Source: Basidioascus undulatus (lineage: Eukaryota). Taken from it: a DNA stretch of 36,526 bases. The notes below the pieces were generated by a model, which saw only the letters and a program-made list of their open reading frames with translations, was not told the DNA's origin and did not search any database. Below, piece by piece: positions 12,830 to 24,539 of the stretch. Within the stretch, counting starts at the first letter, position 1; every line of letters starts with the position of its first letter. A program made the translations under genes and the position numbers. The stretch spans positions 1 to 36,526 of the forward strand of contig JTLS01000056.1 in NCBI GenBank assembly GCA_000826855.1. The letters run 5' to 3'.

Positions 12830-13580
12830 TGGTGGCGGCTGATTGGTTTATCGATCGGGCCGTCGACGGCACACTGTGAACTTGGAGGAGTAGATCAACC
12901 TTAACTACTCCTTCCAAGATAAACGGGCGGATCAATGCGAAAAGAAGTGGGCGGGTGCGTTGGGAGCGGGGCGCGTAGATACACTTGTTGCCTTGTCCTT
13001 GTCGATCTTCTTCCTTGATCCAAGCAGGAGCCAATCTCCCCTATGAATACGGCTCCAATCCCCTTGTTTATGGTCTCGCTGGCAGGAAACCAAACGGTTG
13101 TGCAACCCAGCATGGAACGAGCATACCTCATTGCGCTTAGAGCGACTTTGTGGGCGCCGCGAGCAGATCCATCCCGCACTTACAGTATCTACCAAACATG
13201 GCCCTTTAAATTTGGCAGTTAGGCGGTTTCGATCGGGCAAAGCGAGGGAAAAGGACTCGGAGGTGGATGTCGAGTAATTGACATGCTCGTCCTCTCCTCG
13301 GCCTGCGAATATCCGTGCTGAATGTAATGCGTGCAGCGCTTAAGCCATCAAATTGATCAATCCGCGACGCGTACCGGTATCAGTCTTGTTGAAGACCTTA
13401 ATTTTCAACTTCATGCTGTACCTTCAGCTGTCGGGGTTTTCTTGCGAGAACATGCGCAGGCGATTGCTGGTGGTCATGCTACCTCAAACGCAGCACAATT
13501 CGGGTTTACGCATATGCAAACGTAAAGTAGACTTTTCCGTTATTTAAGCAAGCTACGGGTAGGGTGAACAGTAACAAGTT

Positions 13581-14780
13581 TCAGACCTTTCGATACACGT
13601 CCTTCTCGGAGGCGGCGTCCTCACTCTGCTCGCTTGTCGGTGCCTCGTCTTCCGGCGGCGACGGAGGGTGGCTGCGCGAGGTGTGTTCTATGAGTCAAGG
13701 CAGTAAAAAATTCCAACATTATATAAATATATATATAACTTACATCCTCGACCAGTACTCCATGCCAACGACGCCAGCAGCGAGATTCCGCACAAGACGC
13801 AGCTAACCTTGAAGCCGTGTCTGGAAGAAAGCTTTCCACCATGCATCCTTCGGGCTCATGTCGGGACACAAGATCCTACCGGTAGTTGGGGCCCTCGACA
13901 GCCGGCAACAGCCAAAGAGGCAGACTCAACGTAGACAACCGTCACCGCGATGCCGACGAGGAGAGCACGCTGCTCGGGGTTGGCGCGGCAGATGTCCGCT
14001 ATCCAGGCAATAAAAATTGGGGCGCCATCCGCGGTGGATTAGGTGATGCGTACAGAAGGAAGGACAAAACTACACCATGTCAGCGTCCCAAACACGATTG
14101 ATGCTGGAGGAGACAGCCCATACAGTACATCGCCATCTTGAGTTTAAGCGAGTGGCCTGTAACGATTGAAATTATTGGCCATTGATAAAAAGGGTGTAAG
14201 GTAACGTCACCAACTCACCATACCGAAAGAACGATACAAGGAAAGAGCTGCAGGGCTTGCAGAAGGACGAGCATCTGCCATCGCGCCTGGTATATGTCCG
14301 AAATCGCACTCCAAACGAAGTTGAACACTAATACAGGGGTTTTTAAGGGCCTAAATTGTATGGGAGCTGAGGAAGAAGAGGTTCGCACCGCAGGAATAGC
14401 GTAGCCACCCAGGGAAGCAGGTTGGCTTGACGAAGAGACCATCTGCGATTCTTGCTTAACACGAACGCACAGCACGTGGTATGAGAAACAATAGCCGTTA
14501 GCGCGTTGGGCCCAAGCCTGCAGCGGAACCAGACCATGCGTGAGTGTTGCTGGGGAACAAGCCCATCCCCGCGACATACGACTCCTGAGGAGCTGGCTGC
14601 CATCCGTTTCACAACTTGTAATTTGCGACTGGGTTGAGGCTTTCTGTTCCGCGACAAAACTTGGATATGAGACTCCGCGCCGCCAACTCGCCGCTGAGGG
14701 TCCCAGGTCAAGCCTCGATGAGGTAGAAAGTTCTCTATGAAAACAACAAGGAAAGCAATGCTCATAAAGTTCCACCATCA
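13581..14780 (-). pseudogene. 5'-truncated, frameshifted MFS transporter remnant (anion:cation symporter family, pantothenate transporter Liz1/Fen2-like)
   Basis: Ordered C-terminal-half fragments: AWAQRANGY, SLGGYAIP, VFNFVWSAISDIYQARWQ..LQLFPCIVLSVW, APIFIAWIADICRANPEQRALLVGIAVTVVY, PNYR|HGFKVSCVLCGISLL, acidic tail ending RKV* at 13583-13581. Residual introns present; TAA at 14041-14039 with a frame change; no room for the N-terminal half before the neighbouring stop at 14824. Confidence 0.6.
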
Positions 14781-14823
14781 TGCCTTCCGAGTTGGACGGT
14801 CGAAAAAAGCCTCCCCGTCCACA

Positions 14824-17208
14824 TCACGCACTACACAGTCCAGCCGCCTCATCAGTTCCTTATTCCTCACTCTCAACTCATCGTACAGAAGCTGGGAAGG
14901 CAACGCACCTGACAACCGCCGCGATCATGCACCTCGTCCTACCCTGCGGTTCATGCGTCTCCGCCTGGACCTCGCACGTCAACTTGTGCATGCCGGGCGG
15001 GACGTTCGTGGCGATATCGATGTTTTGGCCGATGCTCTGCGGTGTGGAAAGGTAGAAGCCCGTCATTAGCGTGTTGAGAGCGTCGGCTGAAGACAGCAGA
15101 GGAGGAGAGGAAGCTGTCACGCACCGCCGCGTTTGTCCAGTACCCGTCCGTAAACACCGCGCTGGCCTCATCGTCCACCCAGCATTTTGCAATCCCCAAG
15201 CCGTAGGTCGCGCTCCTAATATAAGTGATCGTAACCGTCCTGTCCACCCCCACCCCCGTGGGTCAGCCGCATTCCCCAGTGCACGCGCAGTGCACGCACC
15301 CCGTCTGCCGCAGATCCACGTCGAACCAGATCCTTTCCCCAGGCTTGTGCCCCGTCCAGTAGCTCTTCCGGTTCGTGATCTCGGGGACCCACGCGCCCCC
15401 CGCTGCCACGAGCGGACGGAGGTGCGAGGAGGTCGAGTTGCACATTGGGACGTAGGTCGGCGCGGGGGAGGCGAGGTCGAATTTGGACATGAGGAGTTGC
15501 TTGATAGTAAAGATGCAGGTCAGCGGGAGGGGGTGGAAAGAGGTGAAGGGTGAAGGAGGGCGGGGACGCACGGATGGGACGTCGTCTGCCTCGGAGGGCA
15601 TCAGCTTGCCGGGCTTCAGCTCGTGCGAGAGCGAGCAGAGGACGGTGCGGAAGTAGGCGATGACGAGTTCTGTTCACCTTCCTTTGTGAGTTTCCGGTTC
15701 TTTTGAGCTGCTCGAAGAGAGTCGGCGTACGAGCCATCAAGTCGTGCCCATTCAGACCGACGTGCCTCGTGTCCGGGACGCCGCTGATGAACGCGTGCAG
15801 TTCAGTATGACTGCCAGACAGACCTGTGAAGGAATAACGTACTCATGCTCGATGTAATAGTACTCTCTTATCAACTCCGGGTCCTTCAGGATCAGGGGGA
15901 GGATGACAGGGCGAAGGCTCTGCAACGCTATCAACGATGGCAGCCCAGCTTCTGCGCAGGAAACAAGATGCTCACGATGACCGGTGATCCATAGTACTCA
16001 GCAACAGGAGTATGCAAGTCCCCCCCAAGGGAAATCTGCTCAAAACTGCCCTCCCCCGGGGTCAGTCGGCATGCACGAGCGAGTTAAGATCGGGACAGCG
16101 GACGGACAGAAGCGCCAGAAGCTGCACCTGCACGACGGCCGGCTTGTTGGGCAGGACCATCAGCCCGCGCAGAAGCCACTCCATGTTCGTCGCGGCGTCT
16201 TGGTTGTGGCTGTCGCCCATCAACATTATCGGCGCAGGTGCTCGGCAGGAGGGGGGGAGTGAGACGGAATGCGCACCGCTGGTCGTTGATAGCCGCGTCG
16301 ACGAGGACGAGGTCGACGTCCTCATCCAGATGCGCACGGAAGCACAGCTTGTGGAAGTTCGTGCCTTGCGCTGTTCGGATCGTAGGGTGGTCGGGGGGGT
16401 GAGCTCGGACGTGCTGCCCGAGGAGGGCTTAGTGCGCCTACCTGCGACTGCGCCGTTCGAGAAAGTCACCTCCGAGTTCGGGAACGCTTCTTGGAACCAT
16501 TTCCATATTTGCCCTGCAGAGCACAGTTCAGCCTGGCCGAATGGGACTGGGTCATCCTCAGACGCACGATGGTAGATCCGAGGTTGGTTCTCGTGCGTGA
16601 TCGCATGGCCCGCACTCACGCTCCCGCCCTGCACCTCCCGCATCAGCCGCGTTCCCCCAAATGATTGAAGGAGAAGACGCACCAGAACCCCGATCTTTAT
16701 TGACTCCCCCCGCTGCGCCTTGCGCATTACCCTCCGTAATCGCAGTGCGGGGCCGGTGTACACCCTCGAGGCGAGGAGCGCAGCCTCCCTGCGACCTCCC
16801 AGCCCACTCAGCACCTTCCCCACCCACCTCGAGCGCACGGATAAAGCAAACCACTCACCCGTACTTCGCGCACAGATCATCACCCTCCCCGCACTCCTCC
16901 CAGACCTTCCCAGCAATCACGCACTGCTCCGCCTTCGCCGGCTCCGGCGGGGGCGGCGGTGGTGGTGCTGGTGGTTGTGATTGATCCGGCTCACAAACCA
17001 CCCCCTTGGGATCTATCGGCGACCCGTACTGCCCATGCGGGTAGTCGAGCGCGTGCCGAGCGTTGTCGAGCGTGAGGCGGGAGGAAGGGAGGAGGAGCGC
17101 GGAGACGACGAGGACGGCGAGCCCGGTCAGGAGCGCCGTGCGCACGCTGCATGACCGCCGAGTGGTCGCGGCCAGCGTGCTGGTTGGTGCGGAATCGAGG
17201 ATGGGCAT
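14824..17208 (-). CDS. Cap64/Cas3-like SGNH-hydrolase-fold type II membrane protein (putative polysaccharide O-acetylation/modification enzyme)
   Basis: N-terminal TM (TALLTGLAVLVVSALLL), Pro-rich stalk, YTGPALRLRRVMRKAQRGESIKIGVL|GGSVSAGH (block I), NGAVAAQGTNFHKLCF (block II), DVDLVLVDAAINDQR (block III), DTRHVGLNGHDL (DxxH), C-terminal RKSYW..KPGERIWF, YIRSATYGLGIAKCWVDD..DGYW, IATNVPPGMHKLTCEV; multi-exon, final mini-exon S-A-stop at 14830-14824. Confidence 0.8.
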
Positions 17209-17920
17209 GTGCGTGGGTTGGGAGGAAGGAGGTGAGCGAGCATGGCAGCGTCAATTCAGACGTTGACCCACGGGAAATCATCGAGGGGCAGGCACAGCTG
17301 CGGCGGCCCATGCCCATGCCAACGTCCATCCGCCCCCTCGCGGACGGAAAATGGTCACAAAGCTCCTATCTTTCCACACAGTTGTGTAAACGGTGAAAAT
17401 AAGGTATAGAGCCTACATTCTCCCGGAGGATCGCAGTCTTTGCAGTTTACAGAGGGAGAGTGGTCAATCGGGTGCTCGGCCCTTATTTCGCGCCAAAGAG
17501 AGGGACAGCGGTGTCCAACTGAATACTTGCTGGAACTCATGCTCTGAAGTGTTCTCCTGAAATAAATAAAATGTCAATACAGCCGTTTATAGATCTCTTG
17601 CAACATCGCTCTTTTTGTCGAAGGCACGGAAGATCCCTAACTTCTCGCTGTACTCATAACTGAGGTATAGCTGCTTTCGGACACGGCCGTCGCAAGCGTG
17701 CTGAAGCCGTCCGCCACTTGCCAGCTCCATTTTCCTCCCAGTCGGCTTAAAACAGATATTTTAGATCAGCTGAAAAGTCCATAACATGTACACTGGTCTA
17801 ACGCCTCAGCATTCGCTGTGCAGGTCGGCGCCTCGAAGAAACAAACATCGCAGTGTATCTCGCATCACTTTCGTGCCCAAGTATTTCACCATCTCCATCT
17901 CCTCAAGCAGCACTACTCCG

Positions 17921-19608
17921 TCAGGAAAACCGCCTCACCGCTCCCCAAACCGCCAGCCCCCCCGCCGCGCCCAGCACAGCATTCCGCGCTGCGCGCTTGG
18001 CCTGCGCGATGCGCGCGCCCTTCGCACCCGCCTCGTCGATGGCGCGCACGTCCTCGTCGGAGAGATCGATATCCGGGACTGCGAGGTAGCGTTGCAGGCG
18101 GGTTTTGTTGGAAGAGGTACTGTGCGGAGGGAAGGGGGGGAGGTCAGTTGGGGGCAGGAAGGAAGACGGGAAGCAGGGAGTAATGGGCAAGATGATGGGA
18201 GGAAGATGATGGGACGGGAAGAGGGGAGGAGGAAGGAGGGGATGGTGGCCGGGGAGGGGAGGGAGGGGACAGGAGAGAGGATGTACGTAACAGCCACCGC
18301 CCCCTTCGCGCGCACCCAAGCAAGGAGGACCTGTTCAGGTGCGACGTGAAGCCGCGCGGCGATCTCGTTGACGGGCTTGTCGACGGGCCCGTTGGGCTGA
18401 TGTGTGAGCGGGCTGTCAAAGCACAATTCAGCCTTCTCTGGAGGGCGAGGAAGAGGAGCAGGGGAAGAGGAGGGAAGACGGAAGACGGAAGACGGAAGAG
18501 GGCGAGACGGAGACGGAGACGGACATCAACGCGCTGTACGCCTCGATCGCGATCCCGTGCTGCTTCGCGTACTCGATCAGGGATGTTTTGCGCGCGTAGA
18601 CGTAGGGGTGGAGGAGGATCTGTGTGGTAGAAAATCACAGTTGGATTATAAAAGAGAAAACAACAAGAGAAAAAGGGAGAGAGAAGGGGGACACACCTGG
18701 TTCGCCGCGGGCTTAACACCTGCGTCCTTGAGCTGCTCTAGATGCTCGATCTCGAAGTTCGAGACGCCGACGGACTGGGCGAGTCCATCCTTCTCTGAGG
18801 AACGAGGAAGGGTCAGGTGAATGTGCGGTTGGGTGGGATGGGTGTGAGGGTGTGGAAGGCAGACGAGACGCACTGAGCTGCTCGATCTGCGCCCAGGTGC
18901 CGGGGATGTCCCCATTCGCGAGGCGGGGGTGCTGTTGTGGTTGGAACACAAGTCTCTTCGGATATAAGTAGGAGGGAAACAAGGGGAGCTAGGCGCACGT
19001 GGACGAGGTAAAGGTCGACATAGTCCAAACCCAGCTTTACAGTCCCCCAGTAAGTTTCATCGTCCTCGAGATGTGCCGGTAGGTGGACAGGGATGGGGGA
19101 ACGCACCTTGACCAAGCTCTCCTCGGCGCTCTGCCTCACACCCTTCCCGTCCAGCCCGCTCCACTTGGTCGTCACCCACAGGTCTTCCCGCGCGATGCCC
19201 GACTCGCGGATCGCACGGCCCGCGAGGTCCTCGTTGCGGTACTGTCCGGAGAGGTGGATCAGCTCAAATCAACAAAGTACGAGAAGAGAGTGTGGACACA
19301 CGGCCTGCGCAGTGTCGATATGGTCGAAGCCCGCCTCCAGCGCCTGTTTCCCTCCCACATTCAGTCTCTCGCCCGGTCGGGTCAAAGCGAAACGGAAACA
19401 ACACACCTGCACAACCTGCTCAGTCGCCCCGCCCGCAGTCCCTAGCGTCCACGTCCCTTTCCCCGCACTCAGGAATCAGGCCTGTTCAGCCCCATTCATG
19501 GAGGGAGGGAGACTCACCGAAAGCGAGTACGGGGATGCGCCGACCGTCGTTGAGCTTGAGGGTGGGGACCTCGGCGGGATGGTGGTGGTGCTTCTCGGCG
19601 TCGGCCAT
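17921..19608 (-). CDS. Aldo-keto reductase with C-terminal hydrophobic tail
   Basis: Multi-exon: TLKLNDGRRIPVLAFGTW, AGFDHIDTAQAYRNE, REDLWVTTKW, LGLDYVDLYLVH, AQSVGVSNF, KPAANQILLHPY, GIAIEAYSAL, EQVLLAWVRAKG; Asp/Tyr/Lys/His catalytic tetrad present; ends ...NAVLGAAGGLAVWGAVRRFS*. Confidence 0.92.
18473..18521. repeat. Short tandem repeats (GGAAGAC x3-4, GAGACG x3) inside an AKR intron
   Basis: Directly visible: ggaagac ggaagac ggaagac ggaagag ggc gagacg gagacg gagacg. Confidence 0.8.
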
Positions 19609-19887
19609 GTTGGGGGGATGGGGATGGTGATGGTTGTTGGAAGACCTGGGAGCGGATGTGTGGGAGGTGGGAGAGCGGTCGCGATGGCCATGCAGCTGCT
19701 CGAAGTCGTCATGCAGCGGAAACGGTCTGCGGCCCGCCCGCCAGTCGCCAGTCAACGTTCAGCGAGCAGTCGACCGTTGCTGCCGCGCTTGGGTTGTCTC
19801 CTTCCATACCGCTTGAAATCGCCGCCAGACCATGCAAGTATGCTGCATTGTGTGAAATCTCCCTGGGCATGTCTCCCTTTGAGATCG

Positions 19888-19915
19888 AGATCACGTGCAA
19901 AAGATCACGTGCAAA
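19888..19915. promoter_or_regulatory. Tandem 14-bp duplication carrying two ATCACGTG E-boxes in the divergent AKR / ADE5,7 promoter
   Basis: AGATCACGTGCAAA repeated twice (19888-19901, 19902-19915), about 155-185 bp upstream of the ADE5,7 ATG; matches the bHLH (Cbf1-type RTCACGTG) consensus. Confidence 0.55.
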
Positions 19916-20070
19916 AGGTCTCAGGGAACTGGGAAATCTCGCGCTTACGGTTAAAAAGTCGGCGGGGAAGTCCGAGTGCCTTCTCCCTTCGATCTCGCAG
20001 CGAACATTTCCCTACTTTCACAGTCACGCTCCTCCTCCTTCTCCTCCTCCTTCTTTCTTTCTTTATCAGC

Positions 20071-23000
20071 ATGGCCGCCCCGCAGCGCGAGCCGCTGCGC
20101 ATCCTCCTCCTCGGCAACGGTGGGCGCGAGCACGCGCTCGCGCACACGCTCGCCCAGTCCCCGCTCGTCGAGCGCATCGCCGTCGCGCCCGGCAACGGCG
20201 GCACGGCGCGCGGGGTCCCCAAGACGCAAAACTTGGACATTGGGAGCGGGAAGAAGGACTGGGAGAGGCTGGTGCAGTGGGCGGTACAGGAGAAGGTGCG
20301 TCGCTCCAGCGGGGTAGGAAGGTGCAGGAGTGAGGCCTGACGAGGGAGGAGACAGATCAACTTGGTTGTGCCGGGCCCGGAGCAGCCGCTCGTGGATGGG
20401 ATTGAGCCTTTCTTCCGCCGGGGTGTGTGCTCTTCACACCCCTCTCCTCTGATCCTCTACTGAAAGCACCCCGCCCCGACAGTCGGCATCCCCGTCTTCG
20501 GCCCCTCGCCCGCCGCGGCCGCTATGGAGGGTTCCAAGACGCTCTCCAAGGACTTCATGGCGCGCCATGCGATCCCCACCGCGTCGTATGAAAACTTCAC
20601 GACCGCGCAGGCCGAAGAGGCCAAGCGGTACATCCGCGAGGCGTACGCGCGCGGCGAGGAGCTCGTGATCAAGGCGAGCGGGCTCGCGGCGGGCAAGGGC
20701 GTGCTCATCCCCGCGAGCGAGGCCGAGGCGCTCGAGGGCGTGGAGGACATCCTCGAGAAGGGCGTGTTTGGCGAGGCTGGTGCGTCTCCCCTTCCTCCCC
20801 CTCCCTCCCTCCCCCTCTCTCTCTTTCTTCCCCGGGCGAGGAGCTGATGGGTTGGTGGGGGTGGGGAAGGCTCTTCCCTCGTCCTCGAGTCGCTCCTGAC
20901 CGGCCCGGAGATCTCCGTCCTCGCCTTCTCGGACGGGTACACCGTCGCGGCGCTCCCCGGCGCGCAGGACCACAAGCGCATCGGCGAAGGCGACACGGGC
21001 CTCAACACGGGCGGCATGGGCGCGTACTCGCCCGCGCCCGCTGAGACGCCTGCCATCCGCCAGCAGCTCGTCGACATTGTTGAGCGCTCGGTCGCCGGCA
21101 TGCGGCGGGACGGTGCGTCTTTCTGAATTTCTTCTTTCTCCTGCCTTTCTTCTTTCTTCGTTCTTCTTCTTGTCTTCCTTTCTTTCTTCTTTCTATTTTT
21201 CGGGGGGTTTTTTTTTTTGCTCCAAGTGACACCGAGGAACTGAACAAGCATGTTGGTTGGTATACCAGGCTTCCCCTTCGTCGGCCTCCTCTTCGTCGGC
21301 TTCATGGTCACGCCCCAGGGCCCGAAAGTCCTCGAGTACAACGTCCGCTTCGGCGACCCCGAGACGCAGGCGCTCCTCCGCCTCCTCGCGCCCGGCACCG
21401 ACCTCGCCGAGATTATGCTGGTCTGTCTTTTCTTCCCCCTTCCCTATGCCTCGAAAGGCAGGTGGAACTGACATGGTGTTTGGTTAGGCTTGCGTTGAGC
21501 GCCGCCTTGACTCGGTCAAGATCGAGGTCCGGAACGACCACGCGGTGTCGATCGTCCTCGCTAGCGCGGGATATCCGGGCAAGTATCCCACCGGCGTGCC
21601 CATCACGATCGGCGAGCTCCCGCAAGGTGCTTCTTCCTTTCCTCGTTCCCGCTCAACCCCAACTTCCGGCTTGCTTCCTCTGCTCCCATGCTCATACCGT
21701 CTTCTTCGGGTCGCAGACGTCATCGCCTTCCATGCCGGCACCGCACTCGACACGAAGGGCCAGCTCGTCACCGCCGGCGGGCGCGTCATCGCCGTCTCCG
21801 CGTTCGGGTCGACCCTGCGCGAGGCGCTGGACAAGGCGTACGCGGGTGTTGACAAGATTTCTTTCGAGGGCAAGACTTTCCGGAAGGACATTGCGCACCG
21901 GTTCGTCTCCTCCCTCCTCCTTCCTCCTCCCCCCTGCTTTCCCGCATAGCCGTCTACCCGACCCACTCACACACCTTCCCTTCCAGCGCCCTCGCTGCCC
22001 AGTCCGAGTCCAAGGATGGCGGGCTGACGTACGCCCAAGCGGGTGTGTCCATCGAGGAGGGCAACCGCCTCGTGGACCTTATCAAGCCCGTCGTGAAGGC
22101 CACGCGCCGCTCGGGCGCGGACGCCGTCATCGGCGGGTTCGGCGGCGTGTTCGACCTCAAGGCCGCCGGGTTCCGCGACCCCGTCCTCGTCTCCGGTACC
22201 GACGGCGTCGGCACCAAGATCAAGATCGCCCATGCCACGGGGATCCACGACACTGTCGGTGTGTTGCGCGCTCCCGCTCTTTTGGTCTTTTGATTGTAGG
22301 GTATGCTGATGCGGTGGATGGGCAGGCATCGACCTCGTCGCGATGTCGGTCAACGACCTCATCGTCCAGGGCGCGGAGCCCCTTTACTTCCTCGACTACT
22401 TTGCGTGCTCCAAGCTCAAGGTCGAGGACGCCGCCGCGGTCATCAAGGGTATCGCGCAGGGCTGCCAGGAGTCCGGGTGCGCGCTCATCGGCGGCGAAAC
22501 GGCCGAAATGCCCGGTCTGTACGAGGGCGGTGCGTCGTTCTTATGTCTTGCTTTCTCCCCTACGATGCATCATGTTGGAGTGTGTAGGCTGATGAAGGGA
22601 TGGCATGGGGTGTATAGACGACTACGACCTCGCCGGCTTCGCCGTCGGCGCCGTCGAGCGTGACCACATCCTCCCGTTGCACAACATCGCCGCCGGCGAC
22701 GTCCTCATCGGCGTCTCCTCCTCTGGCATCCACTCGAACGGTTTCTCGCTCGTGCACAAGGTCCTCGAGCGCTCGCTCGGCCCTTCTTTCTCCTACTCCT
22801 CCCCCGCGCCATGGGACGCCTCGCAGTCTCTCGCGCGGGCGCTCCTGACGCCCACGAAGCTGTACATCAAGCCTCTCCTTCCCGCCGTCCGCGCCGGGCT
22901 CCTCAAGGGCATGTCACACATCACCGGCGGGGGCTTCACGGAGAACGTGCCCCGCGTCCTCCCCAAGGGCCTCGGCGCGTGGATCGACGCGACGCGCTGG

Positions 23001-23237
23001 ACCCGCCCTGCTGTCTTCGACTGGATCCAGCGAGAGGGCGGTGTGAAGAGCGCGGAGATGGCGCGCGCATTCAACAATGGGATTGGGATGGTACTCGTTG
23101 TGGAGAAGGGGAAGGTCGAGGAGGTGCTGAAGAACGTGCGCGAGCAGGGCGAGCAGGGCGTGTGGGTTATTGGGGAGGTCAAGGAGGGTGAGGGTGTCGA
23201 GATGCGCGGGTTTGAGGCTTGGGAGAAGCGCGCTTAG
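20071..23237 (+). CDS. ADE5,7: Bifunctional phosphoribosylamine-glycine ligase / phosphoribosylformylglycinamidine cyclo-ligase (GARS-AIRS)
   Basis: Multi-exon; GARS motifs [99 protein letters not shown] motifs [64 protein letters not shown]. Confidence 0.97.
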
Positions 23238-23479
23238 GGGTGGGTGGAGTGGAGTGGTTTGGCCCGGACGCGCGTTGTTTCTGTTTCTCCGATCTTGGGT
23301 GTTGTGGGATCTGTGTAGCCTTATAGACTGTTGAGGAAGCAGATGGCGTGTGTGTGCGCTTGCTACTGCAGCTCCGTGAACCAGTTGGCAAGCTATCGGA
23401 GCTACACGCAGAAGCGCGCGTTCGCGGCGGCGTCTTCTCCGACATCCAGGCTTCCTTGAGCCGACTTTCCAGCTCACCA

Positions 23480-24060
23480 TACATACATCCAAAGCGGCAT
23501 ACCAGTCCGCATTCAAAAAGCCTGCGCACGCAGGAGGCAATCATGCAGGCTTGGATTTCCCCCCCTCCGATGCTGCTTGGGTCAAGACGGCAAGGAAGTC
23601 GCGCCCGTTCGCGGTCTGGCTCGGCGGCGGCCCCTGGTCTGCAACACGCAGCTTCCCATCAGCCTTGACTGCCCTCCCATCTCAAATCACCAGTTCACAA
23701 GCAGACACTCACTCTGCTTCCCCCATGCATTCGCGCCCCATCCCCCAGACGGCTTCGACGCTGGCGCCGGCGCCCCCTCGACATATACGGGCTTTTCTGG
23801 AACGGAGAATTGTAGCGTGAGGGGAGAAAGATGGGGTGCATGGGTATGGAGCGTACGATCGGCAGGGATGGAAGGGTCTCGCAACTCCTGCACCGTCCCC
23901 TGGAAGTCTTGAGGGAGCATCGCGTGAGCGGACGTAGGAGCGTGGGGGCTGGAGGTATGGCGACGCACTCCGATTCAACCATGCAGAGACCTCAGCTGAG
24001 CAGGCACCACACCCCATTCGGTACACCCTCAGCTTGCGCAGTTCCCCTTCCACCAAAGGA
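23480..24060 (-). other. Possible degenerate coding remnant of unknown family
   Basis: Intron-like GTGAGT...GCTGAT...TTGCAG between segments reading LTLQFSVPEKPVYVEG...ANAWGKQ and QGPPPSQTANGRDFLAVLT; no recognisable family and no continuous frame. Confidence 0.2.
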
Positions 24061-24539
24061 GACTCGAGCGCTCACCGCCGTTGAAGTTGGAGCTACCAGC
24101 GAGAGTAGCGGGAGCCGGCCGGCCGGGGGAGGGATGCGGGGGGAAGCGGTTTGCCATGGCGGGGGAATCGAAGCTGGGCAACAGAGTCTGTCTATGAGAT
24201 GCAGCGGGCTGGTGAAAGGTACGAGGCAGTGGAGGTAGTTATGGGCGGTGAGGGTAAGGAGGAAGGCGACACCGCGTGCACTCGAGCGTTCCGGGCAGGA
24301 AGTCGACGCGCCGGGCCGAGATCACTCGTTCGAGTCTTGATGAAGGGATTCTCGCATTTCATTTTTCCAAAAACTTTAAGCTGCCCCGGAAAATTCATAG
24401 AAAGTTTTAGTAGATAGAAGCTCGCTTCATAGAAGTGATACATTTGTCATCGTTCATGCCCTTCATGCCCGGAAGTGTCTTCGCAGCAGCTAGCAAATTG
24501 TTGGTGCCGCAAGAGGTTCAGCTCGTCTCTGCCCCACTC

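Noticed and set aside
19093..20340. 415-aa ORF apparently extending ADE5,7 upstream
   Set aside because: Chance open frame across the antisense AKR gene and the promoter; GARS homology starts at ATG 20071.
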